From: Octopus vulgaris
Taxonomy: Eukaryota
DNA: 64,000 bases
NCBI GenBank assembly: GCA_951406725.2
Contig: OX597817.1
Span: forward strand, 120,714,001 to 120,778,000
Reading direction: 5' to 3'
Each line of letters begins with the position of its first letter. Within the stretch, counting starts at the first letter, position 1. Made by a program: the position numbers and the translations under genes. Positions 26,640-39,500 of the stretch are shown one piece after another. A model generated the notes under the pieces. The model saw nothing but the letters and a program-made list of their open reading frames with translations. It was not told where the DNA came from and ran no database searches.

Positions 26640-27470
26640 ATCTCCTCATGTCACAGCTTTGCAATGTTCCTCTACTCTTATTTTGAGCGGGGCGATGTTC
26701 TTCTACTCTTATTCTGATGATCTTGCCTCATAGCAGATTTCATATCAGAGCGAGAAGATAAATTCCAGGTGTTGAATCAAAACCTGGAATTTAAGTGTCT
26801 TAACATTAACTTAGCAAACACTAAGGTCCTATTAAGTAAGCTAACTGACAAAACTCTACCGGGCAGATGGCCCTGTTCAATTTGCAGGAAAGGTATAGTC
26901 AAGAACTCCATATGGTGTACTTAGTGTAAGCTATGGACACACAAGAGGTGCAGTGGATTAATAGGAAGGTTATCAGAGAAGGCAGTTTTCATTTGTGGAA
27001 GATGCACAGGATCCATAAAAACTATAGAGGCTCAGGAAACTGATTCTCTGAAATGCCCTGATGGCTTATTAGAAGTAATAGATAATTTCTGCAACCTAGA
27101 GGACCAAATTAGTAGTGAAGGAAGATGCATAGAAAGTATGTTAGCAAAGAATGAGGTTAGTATACTTTGCTGGATGTGTAATGTAAGCATACGTTCAACA
27201 GAGTGCTGGTGTATTGAAAGTGAAGTTAGGCATAAGAGGAATTAGCTGCTGTGTGCAAGAGATAAGACAGCGATGGTTTGGTCATGTGGTGTGAATGGAT
27301 GCTAACAACTCCATAAAGAAGTGCTGAGCTCTCAAAGTAGATGGAACACTTGGAAGTGGGAGACACAGGAAAACATAGGATGAAGTACTGAAGAATGACC
27401 TCAGGACGCTGATCCTTTCAAGCAAGATGACAAAGGACCGACATAATGTGTATTGGAACTGAACTGAAAA
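26640..27470 (+). mobile_element. RTE-clade LINE remnant (RT end, C4HC3 finger, C-terminus)
   Basis: YSDDLA, INLANTKVL, GRWPCSICRKG...CKLWTHKRC...FICGRC, LEVIDNFCNL, WFGHVV, GSGRHRKT*DEVLKNDL. Confidence 0.85.
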
Positions 27471-27532
27471 CCAGACCACGTGGTGGAGAAGCAAGTTCTA
27501 AACCATGCAGCCACACCTGCATCTACATATAT

Positions 27533-27821
27533 GGTAAAGACCCCCTTTGGTCATGAATGACCATGGGATTGCACCTAGAAAGTTTCTCTCTTTGATACAA
27601 GTCCGGACAAATTTGTTTACCGGAGACTAGCAGGGAAAGGCAAAGGCTGATATAGCTTAGTATCAGTGATGTCACAACTCATTTCTACAGCTGAGTGAAC
27701 TGGAGCAACAGGAAATAAAGTGTCTTGCACAAGAACACAACACACAGCATGGTCTGGGAATTGAACTCACTACTTCATGACTGTGAGCCCAATGCTTTAA
27801 CCACTAAGCCATGCACTTTCA
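27533..27821 (-). mobile_element. SINE family C, near full length
   Basis: Reverse complement begins tgaaagtgcatggcttagtggttaaagca (A box)...gagttcaattccc (B box)...gttgtgttcttgtgcaagacacttt. Confidence 0.85.
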
Positions 27822-28154
27822 TATATGGAAGGTATGGTTGTGTGCTTAACAAGTTTGCTACACTGTTGGTTCCAGGATGCAATCCTCTTATGTTGTACAA
27901 TGAGCGAGTACTGCCATAGTTTCAAGCTGACCAATGCCTTGTGATTAGGATTTATTTGAAAGAAACTGTAGAGAAGCCTGTCTTGTGTGTGTCTATGTGT
28001 ATATGTATATATTTATTTTGAGTGAGATGACTAGGTGTGGTTGGTTGGATGCTAAGGATGTAGCTAAGCTAACTAGGCATTGAATCTGTTTTGACGATGA
28101 TATATTTTAGCACTGGAATCAAACACACTCACACATACACACAAGCAGAAATAT

Positions 28155-28524
28155 ACACAGGTATGGCTGTGTGGTAAGAAGCTTGCTTCCCAACAACATG
28201 GTTCCAGGTTCAGTCCCCTGCATGGCACTTTGGGCAAATGTTTCCTACTATGGCCTTGTGAGTGGATTTGATAGATGGAAACTGAAAGAAGACTGTTGTA
28301 TATATAAGTATATATTTGTGTGTCTGTGTTTGTTCCTCCACCGTCACTTGACAGTTGATGTTAGTGTGTTTACATTCCTGTAACTTAGTGGTTTGCCAAA
28401 AGAGATCGATAGAGTAAGTACTAGGCTTACAAAGAATAAGTCCTTGAATCGATTTGTTCAACTAAAAGGCAGTGCTCCTGCATGGCCACAGTCAAATGAC
28501 TGAAACAAGTAAAAGAATAAAAGA
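28155..28524 (+). mobile_element. SINE family A
   Basis: Colinear with 20084-20478. Confidence 0.9.
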
Positions 28525-28699
28525 AATATATTAATAGTGTGTGTGTGAGAAAGAGAGAGAGAGAAAGAGAGAAAGCAAAAGAGAGAAAAGTGGGTGACGA
28601 AAAATGAGAGAAACATTGAAATATCTGATGTCAGTCAAAGCCAAATAGGTGGTGACAAAACAGCTGTGCCAAAATGTCTCATATTCATTGACATTTACC

Positions 28700-29110
28700 T
28701 ATAAATGGGTAGGTTGTATGTTGCTTGTGTGTGAAGTGTGGTCCTATGTGGTGGACTTGAGATGACCATTCAATGCAGAAAATGTATGGTGGTTGGAAGA
28801 AAATGAAGCAAGCATGTCATACACACCCTGGATGTGTAATGTTAATGTGTATGGGTGATGTTTTATAGAAAAGCTGAATGAAAATCTAGGTATAAGAAGA
28901 AATGAATGTAATTTACAGACAGATAACTGTATGTGGACATACAGCTGATGCATCTGGCTGGTAACAGATAGGTAAAGACATGCTTGAAGATAAGGTGGAT
29001 GGAAACCAAGAAGACAAAGGCGAACATGAACAAAGCTGGGAAAAGCTGATTTCAGGATGTTAAATCTCACACAGATGACAAAGGAGCACTACAGATAGCA
29101 AGACATGAAG
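28700..29110 (+). mobile_element. RTE LINE C-terminal remnant
   Basis: GRLYVACV, LEENEASM, WMCNVNV, LNENLGIR; matches the 16.6-17.1 kb and 27.1-27.4 kb copies. Confidence 0.65.
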
Positions 29111-29699
29111 CTGACACCTATTTGAGTTGCTGATGTAGCTCTCACCTATAGAAACACTTTTGAAATCGTTGTCGAAGCTATTCTTGTTAAAGGAAGGTAA
29201 GTTGTACTCTACACAAAGTATTGAGTAGTCTTTCAGTTTAATGTAAAAATGTAAAAAACTGTTTGTGTTATAACATAAAAAAACAATCATTCACACACAC
29301 ACACACACGCACACACACACACGTGTTATATGTCTTTCCTGTGACGCAAGCTGCAGAAAATGTTTTGACAAATCCAAGGGTTACATGCAAGCACAGAAAA
29401 GAACGTTATAATGATGATATGTGCATAAATACACACACACACACACACACATATATGCATACATATACGAATACACACATATTTTGACAAAATGCTTTGC
29501 TTGTGACTATATAACACATTGAGATATGGCTTTTCTCCTGTTTGTATGCAATGTATATGTAATAAACAGTGTATAATATTTATTTATATGAAGCAGCTGT
29601 TGGTTTTTCAGTAGATTGTCAACTATGATAAAATTAATTGTTGGAATTATCTGTGGTATTTCAGTGCTAGTGATATGCTGAAAGATACCTGCGAAAAAT

Positions 29700-30650
29700 T
29701 GATGGTGTTTGTACTTGTTGTTGTTATAGTGGAGACGATGATGTTGGTGTTTATAGTGATGTTGATAGAGGTATGTGGTGGTGATTCTAGTTACGATAAG
29801 CTTGAAGATACGGTTTACACAATTATAATGGAAATTTATTAATGCTGATGGTATTAGTCTTGGCTGTGTTGGAGTGAGACATCGATGGAGAGATGGTTGT
29901 ATTACTTGGTAGTTGTGGTGCTAGTGTTATTATAATGATTAGTAACTGCAGCAAATGTTGTAGTAGTAATTGCTATTGCGATGGTAGTGGATGTAGTGGT
30001 GATGATGATGATGATGATGATGATAATGAGATATGAATTATTTCGTTGTATAGTTAAGGTGATAGTACTAAGTGGTGTATGTGATAATAATGATGATGAT
30101 GGTCGTGGTGGTAGTGGTGGTGCAGAGGATGAAGATGGTGATGATTGTGGATGATGAGGGGATGATGATGGTGATGATGGTGATGTTTGTGTAAGTGGTG
30201 GTGGCGAGAGCACTGGTGGTGATGTGAATGATGATGATGATGATGATATAAAAAATATTTCCTTGTAAAGTTAAGGCAATAGTACTAGGAGGCATGTCTG
30301 GTGATGGTGATGATGGTGGTAGTGGTGGTAAGGTTGATTATGAAGATAGTGGTGATGATGATGATGGTGGCGGTGGTGGTGGTGGTGGTAGTGGTGGTAG
30401 TTGTCGTGGTGCCAGTGGCAATGATGATGTGAATGGTGATAATGATGATAACGATGATTAGAAGAATAGGAAGAAACCGAGTGAAGATTGAGGTACTGAT
30501 AATGAAAGTGTATCAGTTGTAGTTGAAGTGGTTTATGAATATCATCATTATCATATTCCTCATAATCATTATCATTAACATCATTGTCAAAAGGTGGAGG
30601 TGATTGTTGTTGTTGTTGCTGTTGTTGTTGTTGTTGTCATCATTACCATT
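29700..30650. repeat. Degenerate (GAT/GGT/GTT)n low-complexity tract
   Basis: Direct reading; includes an internal duplicated block around atttcgttgtatagttaagg / atttccttgtaaagttaagg. Confidence 0.9.
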
Positions 30651-30880
30651 GTGAATAATGTGTAATTAAATCAAAATAAAATTTGCTTTCGATAATCTCA
30701 AAGATTATAGTTTAGACTCACAAAATGTCATCATATCTCAATTTTATTTATTTCATTTCATGCCTACTCACACCTTGGCAATTACATTATTGAGTTTTAA
30801 TTCAAGGGGCACCAGATAAATTTTAAAATAAAAAATATTTATAATAAAAACAAAGAAAATAAACCAAAAGTATATCTATA

Positions 30881-31030
30881 GGCACAGGCATGGCTGTGTG
30901 GTAAGACACTTGCTTCCCAACTACATAGTTCTAGGTTCACTCCCACTGTGTGGCACCTTGAACAAGTGTCTTCTACTATAGCCTCAGGCTGACCAAAGCC
31001 TTGTGAGTGGACACTGAAAGAAGCACATCA
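30881..31030 (+). mobile_element. SINE family A, 5' part
   Basis: ggcacaggcatggctgtgtggtaag...gcaccttgaacaagtgtcttctactatagcc. Confidence 0.85.
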
Positions 31031-31037
31031 TATATAC

Positions 31038-31084
<47 letters not shown>

Positions 31085-31112
31085 CTTCTGTGTATATCTA
31101 TATATAAAATTT

Positions 31113-31409
31113 GCATGTCTTAGTGGTTAGGGCATTCAACTCACGATTGTAAGGTCGTGAGTTCAATTCACAGTAACATGTTGTGTCCTTGAGCAAAACA
31201 CTTTATTTCCTATTGCTCCAGCCCACTCAGCTGGCAAAAGTGAGTTGTATCTGTATTTCAAGGGGCCAGCCTTGTCACACTCTGTGTCACGCTGAATCTC
31301 CCTGAGAACTACAGGATTGCCCACCCATTTGCACGTTAATTTTACGAGAAAGCTGTTCCATTGATCATATCAGCTGGGACTCTCATCATCATAACCAACA
31401 GAGTGCTCC
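31113..31409 (+). mobile_element. SINE family C
   Basis: cttagtggttagggcattc...gagttcaattc...gttgtgtccttgagcaaaacacttt. Confidence 0.85.
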
Positions 31410-31665
31410 TATATCTATATACACATCTATCTTGCTCTCACTGATTCATCAGCCCCCACTACTACTTTAGCTAGTACAATAAATATCTACGTCTATTTTA
31501 AGAAACCTGGCCATTATATCTTATTATTCTTCCCTTCCTTTTTGAGGAAGAAACAGCTGTAGGACTACCTTTATTTTCATAAATGTCCTATAAATTCCAC
31601 ATAGCCTTGGTTTTTTGCTGTTTTATTTTATTTAATATGTGTGTGTGTGTGAGTGTGTGTGTATG

Positions 31666-31707
<42 letters not shown>

Positions 31708-31910
31708 TATATATATATATGTACCCTGTTTTTTTGTTGTTAAAAAAAGTCAGTTTCCATGTTTGTTGTTACGTTTTCGTTTCTCGTTGAGTTCTACGTC
31801 TATTTGTGGTGTCCTGTACTCACATATATATATTTATATATGCATGTATATATACATGTAGATGTAGGTACGTACATATATGTATGTATGCATATATTTT
31901 ATTTATTAAT

Positions 31911-31938
<28 letters not shown>

Positions 31939-31941
<3 letters not shown>

Positions 31942-32104
31942 GAGGCACATGGCTTAGTGGTTAGAGTGTCAGTATCATGATCGTAAGATTGTGTTTTCGA
32001 TTCCTGGACCGGGCGATACGTTGTGTTCTAGAGCAAAACACTTCATTTCACATTGCTCCAGTCCACTCAGCTGGCAAAAATGAGTAATGCTGCGATGGAC
32101 TGGC
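31939..32104 (+). mobile_element. SINE family C, 5' part
   Basis: gtggaggcacatggcttagtggttagagtg...ttcgattcctgg...gttgtgttctagagcaaaacactt. Confidence 0.85.
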
Positions 32105-32117
32105 TTTAAAAGGGTGC

Positions 32118-32162
<45 letters not shown>

Positions 32163-32501
32163 TATGCGTGTGTGTATGTGCACATTTGTGTATATCTGTG
32201 TTTGTGTGTGGCTGTGTTTGTCCCTTCACCAATTTTGTTATGGAATGGTGAAGTTATTTTTTTGTTTTCCTAAAAGGCAACATTTTGGACTTACGACACT
32301 TTTGCATGATAACAACGATATATAAGTACAACTAGCTAGATGGTCATGAAGTGGGTGTCTTTGATCTTAGTACAGTTGAATCAAGGCTAACGAGGAAACA
32401 ATATTAAAAACAAGGATCAAAGAAGGATGGTTCATCGTAGTGTGTATGAAAGACTTGGACTACAGAAATCGAATATATTTCTGGATGGATAATATTTGTA
32501 A

Positions 32502-32872
32502 CTAGCTGGCACCATGCTGTCAAAAATCAGGGCTAATTGTAGTATTTCATATAGAAATAAGGTACAAAACCAAGTTTTTAGTTCAATAATCCTTTTATTA
32601 CCAAATTTTTTGTGGAAAATCTCTCCGCAACTAACATCCCTTGACTGCTTGTTTCCTTCAAAAGAATTTTAAAGTTTTCCTTCCTTCTTGTATGACTTAA
32701 AGCCACATAAAGCTGGCCCTGACTAAATACGGGATAGAATATAGATGGTAGATCAAATGAAAACACTTGTTAATGTTATCTAGTTGTTGTCTTTTGAGAT
32801 GTGACATTGATCATCATTTGTTACTGAAAGAATGCTGGCTCACACATACAAACATTCACATACTTCCCTTGC

Positions 32873-32903
<31 letters not shown>

Positions 32904-33148
32904 GAGTTGAAATGCTGTTTGATTTTTCTTTTCAGCATTGACTGTTCACCATCCCACTTCCATTGCATAGACACACACACCTTCCTTTTACATCCACACA
33001 CACTGTTTCATATTTTATCACCGTAGAGTTTCCATCATCCCACTACCAACTTTGCCATCACCCCTTCCTTCCTTATTCCTTTATCACTCCTTCCTTTCTC
33101 ATTCATATGTTGTGACAGAGAAAAACACAAGAGTATTATTATAGTAGA
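32502..33148 (-). mobile_element. Complete non-autonomous Helitron retaining the RepHel C-terminal coding fragment
   Basis: Minus strand A|TCTACTATAATAA...GCCAGCTAG|T (TC/CTAG termini in an AT target). ORF 32578-32766 PVFSQGQLYVALSH...FKILL...TKNLV matches PIF1-type helicase motif VI and tail. Confidence 0.85.
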
Positions 33149-33164
33149 TCATTAGCATCAATAA

Positions 33165-34365
33165 TGTAGGCAGCTGGAAGAAATACCTCAATTTATGTTA
33201 TGGGTTCAAATACAGCTGAGAGCAACATTGCATTTTCACCTGTTTTAGGCTTGGTAAAAAAATAAAAGTACCTATAAAGTACTGGGATCACAGTAATTGA
33301 CTTCTTTTGTTCCCTCAAAATTGCTAACCTTGCACCGAAATTAGCATGCCAGACAAATTTCTTAGCAGTATTTCATCTGTTTTTGTGTTCTGAGGTCAAA
33401 TTCTACCAAGGTAGACTTTGCCTTTCATCCTTACAGAGTCAATAAAATAAGTACCAGATGAATCAATTAGTCCTGGCCCTTAAAATTCCAGGCCTTATTA
33501 AGGTAGAGAGCTGGCAGAGTAATTAAGCAGGCTGGGCAAAATGTTTATAGTATTTCTTCCAATTCACTAAGATCTGAGTTCAAATTCTGCCAAATTCAAT
33601 TTCATCTTTCATCCATTCAGGGTCAGTAAAAATAAGTACCAGTAGAACAACAGGGGTCAATTTAATTAACTACCCCACTCCTCCAACATTTCACACCTTG
33701 TGCCCATAGTAGAAAGAAATGTTATTACTATTAAATGGTTTCAAATTTTGGGGCTAGGTCAGTAATATTAGTTGGAGCAGGGTTAGTTGATTACATTGAG
33801 CCCAGTACTTAAATGTCACTTTATTCTATTGGCCCTAAAAGGATGAAAAATGAAGTTGACCCAGACCAGTTTGGAGCTCAGAATACTACTAATCATTTTG
33901 TCTGGCATGCTAACATTCTGCCAGCTTTCCCCCTTTATAATAATTTAAGCACAAGGCCAGCAATTTCAGAGGTGGTGGTTAAGTTGATTACACCGATCCC
34001 AGAGATCAAATGGTACTTATTTTATCGGCCCTAAAATGAGGGATGGCAAAATTAACCTCAGCAGCATTTGAATTCTCTATGTAAAGCTGGAAGAAATGCA
34101 GTGAAGCATTTTGTCTGGTGTGCTAGCATTTCTGTGACTTTGTCACCTTAATAGTAATAACAGTGGTTTAAATTTTTTGGCACAAGGCCAGCAATTTTGG
34201 GGGAGGGGTAAGTCAATTAAGTCAAATACATTGACCCCAGTACTCAACTGGTATGTATTTCATCGACCCTGAAAGGATGAAAGGCAAATTCGACCTTGCA
34301 GAGATGGATGAAATGCCACAAAGCATTCTGCCTAGCATGCTAATAATTTTGCCAGCTTGCTGCCT

Positions 34366-34366
<1 letters not shown>
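33165..34366. mobile_element. Cluster of ~6 family B SINEs (three +, then three -)
   Basis: Core ttcatcc/aagtacc on + near 33230, 33420 and 33610; ggatgaaa on - near 33840, 34040 and 34275. Confidence 0.75.
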
Positions 34367-34415
<49 letters not shown>

Positions 34416-34681
34416 ATAATAATAATAATAATCCTGTCTACTAAAGGCACAAGGCCACAGTTTTAAAATTGCAACAGTTTTAAAAAAAGCATCAGCCTTA
34501 AAAATGCAAGGAAAATACCCTTAAACCTATATAGTTAAATGCTGAAGAATTAGAACCAAAGGTACATGATAAATTCACAGACCATATATTGTTAAGAAAA
34601 GTAACATTGTCATTTTTTGGAAAGACTTTTTATAAACACTTCATATGATAGAAGATGGTCATGCATAACATGTATTCTAAG

Positions 34682-34742
<61 letters not shown>

Positions 34743-36014
34743 CACGCATACACACAAGATAATAGTCTTTTCATTTTATTTATTTCTATAAATAATGGCA
34801 TTCTTTCATACATTGCTCTATTTTCATGACAAATACCAATACTTCATCATTTGATATTATAAATCTACTGAAATTTGTGATTCTTTCTCATGATCATTTG
34901 TAATTTATTGTAAGAACTACAGACTAAAAGACCCTGTAAGTTGTCAGGATATGAATTAATCATAGTAACACTAAAAATAAAATTGCCCCTACATCTGTTC
35001 CTCCTTCTCCTTGTCAACGATTGTATTAACTAAATTATCACATATCTTTTATATCATTTTTCATCGCAGTCAATGTCAATGACAAAAGAGAGAAAAAAAC
35101 ACAGATAAAAATAAAACAGAAAGAAAAGAAAAATGTTATAGTATCACATAAAAGGTACAATCGCTAAGTGTTTGGAAGAGTACAGAGATTTTGTGTACAG
35201 GTCATAGATTTGAAAACCTGCCATAGAAGCTGTATTATAGTCCAAACTAAGCTATATATCACTTGTTTAAAACTGACTTAGAAGATATCAAGTGATCAGT
35301 ATTAGTGGGGGTCAGTATACCATGATAAAAAAAAGAAAAAAACCTGCTGTGTGGTATTGGTGGTGGTTGTGGTGGTGAAACAAAAAGTAAAAATATCCAA
35401 CTTGTTAACATGTTTAAAGGCACATTGTCAATTTTCCTATTTCTTTCTTAAAATGACTCCTTCATATCTAGGTTGGCCTTTTTTTCTTTGATAGCTAAAG
35501 CATGGCAGCATAAGTCTCTTTATATACTGATCTGAAGTAATATAAATGTGAAAGATAAAACTTGAAAAGATTATGAATGAACTAAGATGTCTGAGAATTT
35601 TGCCAGAGAAACAATATAGGAAAATTTCACCATTTTTTCCCCATTTCCTACAGCATTACAGATGTAAGCTAAAGTGGGATAGTTTATAATTTGCCATTAA
35701 ATCTGAGTATGAATTTGGCTTCCCACGAGAATCTTCCCCCTCAGCATCATCATACACCTCATTGTTTTATTGTCAATTTTTCCATTATTAAATGGATTGG
35801 ATAGAATTTGTTGGGAGTGGTTTTCCTATGGTTGGATGCCTTTCCTGTCACCAACTTTCACTTGATTCTTAGCAAGGTAATATATCCACATGACTTGACA
35901 TATTTTCATGGAAAACTGGAAATGAATGACACCATTTTTGTGCTGGTGATATTACTTAGAACTATCACTTGATGTCAAGTCAATGAAGCACAAATATACA
36001 TGCACACGCACACA

Positions 36015-36052
<38 letters not shown>

Positions 36053-36055
<3 letters not shown>

Positions 36056-36259
36056 AGAGTAAACACATAAATGTGAAACAAGGTGGAAAAAAGAGTACTC
36101 AAATACCAGTGATAGAGTAATATGCTTTATTCAAAAGCAGCAGAAAATTCAACAAAACCTATTACTCTGAGTTTCGCAAAAACTGTCTGACGAACGGGAA
36201 CGTGAAACTCAGAGTAACAGGTTTTGTTGAATTTTCTGCTGCTTTTAAATAAAGTATAT
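36053..36259 (+). mobile_element. Fold-back + tail element in (TA)n carrying an intact hammerhead
   Basis: Tail 36053-36119; inverted arms 36120-36175 and 36204-36259. Confidence 0.9.
36183..36220 (+). ncRNA. Type I minimal hammerhead ribozyme, canonical core
   Basis: CTGT CTGACGA ACG ggaa CGT GAAA CTC a GAG TA ACAG; all three stems pair; GUA triplet, predicted cut after 36216. Confidence 0.88.
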
Positions 36260-36438
36260 ACATATATATATATATATATATATTAGCGAGAAGTTGAGGT
36301 TATAAGAGATAATGGTGTCATTGAGACCCAACGGTGTCAGGTAATGCTGAATAAGTGCAATAGACACACCATAGTTAAGTTCCAGATTTGGTAATATTGT
36401 GAATAAAGGGTTCAACATTGGTTCTATGTCAGCATGTG

Positions 36439-36586
36439 TATATATGAATTTTTTGCATAATGAGATAAAAAAACCAAGGCTGTATAGATATTAGAGCATT
36501 TATAGATAGAAGGTCTTACAGCTTAATATCTCTAATATCTATACAGCCTTGGTTTTTTATCTCATTACACAAAAAATTCATATATA
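36439..36586. mobile_element. Fold-back element in (TA)n
   Basis: Arms 36439-36496 and 36530-36586; the spacer contains aggtcttacagct (reverse complement AGCTG-TA-AGACCT, the 3' end of an HHR). Confidence 0.8.
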
Positions 36587-39500
36587 TATATATAGCTTAT
36601 TGTTCCATTGAAGTAGGGTCAACAGAATAGAACTCCATCCAGTGAAAGATAAATATCATTTAAAGTACACAGTATTCAAAATAAGAGCTACTATGAGTTT
36701 CATGCCATAGAAATATTAAGATAAGGCAAATTTATATAACACGCATTGTGTCTCCAAGCAATCTGTGGGCTCAGGGCACATAGTTCCATCTGAAAACTGG
36801 GATACTAATACATGAGAAAGTGCAAGAGAAAAATGAGAAGATTGATGCAAAAAGTGAAAAGGGAAGACACTACTATCTCTGGATTCAGTAATTGTCTCAT
36901 AGGCTTTTGGACTCCTCACGATTAAATTATACCATGCCAGCTAGATTAATTATGACTTCTATAGTCAAAGGGGGTGCAGCTCTCAATGTTTTTTTCTTTT
37001 TTATTCACCTGTTGTCTTCTCATTCCACTTTTTGCATCACCCTTGCAAAACCTCATAGGTACAACCCATGCTTTCTTCACTAAACCATTCACAAAAGTCT
37101 AATTGAACAAAACAGGGATGTACCATCTATGTAGGCAAGGCAGTTGATAGCAACATTTTTCTTTCATGGGAAAATATGCACCTAATTCAATAAAATTATG
37201 AAGGTCACTCTGCTTACTATACATAAAATGCAAAATATATTATTTTTGTAGTTTAGGTAGGCATGATTCATCCCTGCTTTTCAATCTCAGTATTTAAGCT
37301 ATGCATAATATTGCTCAAGTACACGTACTGCATACATTCCCACATTTTCTTTATGTGCTACAAAGGCAAATATAAATCTGCCTACAACTCAGTTGCGCAC
37401 CTGTGTTTCTCTTATTTTCTGTGTTTTACTACATAAAGGTCACCAGCTGCCTACCCTGAGTAATTACTGATGGCACGTGCCTGGAACAAAAGTGTAACCT
37501 ATACCACTTTCTTTTAGTAAGGTTATGAGAAAGATTCAAGTATATATATATATCTATAATAACAAGAGAAAATGAATATAAAATATATTTGAGCACAATT
37601 TCTCAAGAACACCTTGTTTTCCCCCTTTTTCTAAATATAAGATAATGGTACAAAATTAAAACAGTAAATATGGAAAAATCTATTGTGTTACATTTTAGAC
37701 ACTTTCTATAACGCTCTATTTTCAGACAATATTTTGGTTTAAAAAACAAAATTAATCTAAGAATGCATTATTCTCCTCATAGAATAAATTCACTGGTAAA
37801 ATTGAAAGAACTGCATTAAATACTGTAAAAGTATAAAATATAATACTATTAATCACTTGTCTAGAATGTTATTGACATTTGACAGCCATCAATCTAAGAG
37901 AGAACTGATTCCTATGAAATCATTGCCAAATATATGATTTGTTGTTATTAATTCCTATGACACAAGCTGCTAAATTCATGTGTTAAACACTACTTAAAAT
38001 GCTTGGTAATTTTCCACAGCAGAATGCAAGGTGAAAGAAGGGTCAAACTACTTGGAAATACCAGGTTAGAGGGGTTAATAAGTCATATCAATCAGAAAAC
38101 ATCATTGAAATAAAGATTGTCACTAAGATAACCGAAATAATACAACATTAATTAAGAATAACTGCATAAATATTGCAAATTTCATAAGAAAAAGCTTGTT
38201 TTAAGGTTATGAAATAAATTTGTCAGTTATGGTTGGAGGTATGTTATATTAGCTCAAGTGTAATTTTATTGAAGGAGAAAATATAAAACAAAAAGGAGCT
38301 AGCAATTTCAGACTTTGAAAAAATTCTTTGAACAGTGTCTTTGATATGAAACATCATACCAACTTAAACAAGACAAGATTCACTGTAATTAAGTTGATCA
38401 TCAAAGTTGAAATTAAAATCCTTTAAAAAAAATATCACTAAACAATTCAGTAGAATGAAACATTTTCAACGTTTTCAAACAGAATTTCTTAACTTAACAT
38501 TGTTTGCTTGTCATGTTTATATTTTAGATAGATTATCAATTGTTTTCATGTCAGAGCACTAGCCATTAACAAAATATGTTCTATAAAAGACAACATTATC
38601 ACTAATTTGAAGCAATGTTTACAAAATAATTCTGGAGAGGAAAAAAAAATGGATATTTCTCCCTTCCTTCTGTTTTTGCTCTACTTTGATATTAAGTTCA
38701 AGTTGGAATTATTAAAAAAGACAAGCAATAATTGTATAAGATTAGGCTCCCAAATGACGAGATGCTTACTCCTGATCAAAAGAAAATTAATCAATAAAAT
38801 CTAAGAATGTATGAAGTTGAAGGGTACACACTCTCATTTGAATTCTATGGATTAATCAATTTCTATGTTGAAAAATATTCCAATATCTGAGGGAATAATC
38901 TGATGTACAATGCTTGTTTCATGAAGGTGGAAGAAGTACAGTATTCAAGGAAGGAAAGCCTGTATTAGAAAATAAAGCAGGCTCACAGCATTATTCACCA
39001 AATATAGTTAATTTCATCATGTCATCAATGCCTGAGCTGGATTTTCTGGTAAAACATTGCCAATCAATAACAAAGTTTGGTGTTTCAAATTCTTTTAGTC
39101 AATAAATCTACTTTTAAGTGTCCAGTTTGTGTACAGCTTAGTCTTTCGGTAGTAATAAATATATTTGAAAGCTGAATTGAACCCTTGACCAATGAAGATA
39201 GTACATAATCCGCATAATAACACTTTGATATATATGTGGAATGGAAACAGTCTTATGTAAATGCTCATCAATATATTTATATATATATATACACACACAT
39301 ATATATATACACATATATACATACATACATACAAATATATATATACACACGTACACATAAATACACATACACATATGTACGTATATACATATATATATAA
39401 TATGAGAGTGTATGTGAATATATATACACATACACACACAAACACACACACTCATATACAAACACAAACACACACTCGCACGCACACGCATATATACACT

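Noticed and set aside
29902-30295. Ser/Pro/His/Thr-rich ORFs
   Set aside because: Translations of a degenerate trinucleotide tract.
38560-39105. Region with decayed-coding appearance
   Set aside because: No motif could be assigned by eye; a translated search would be needed.
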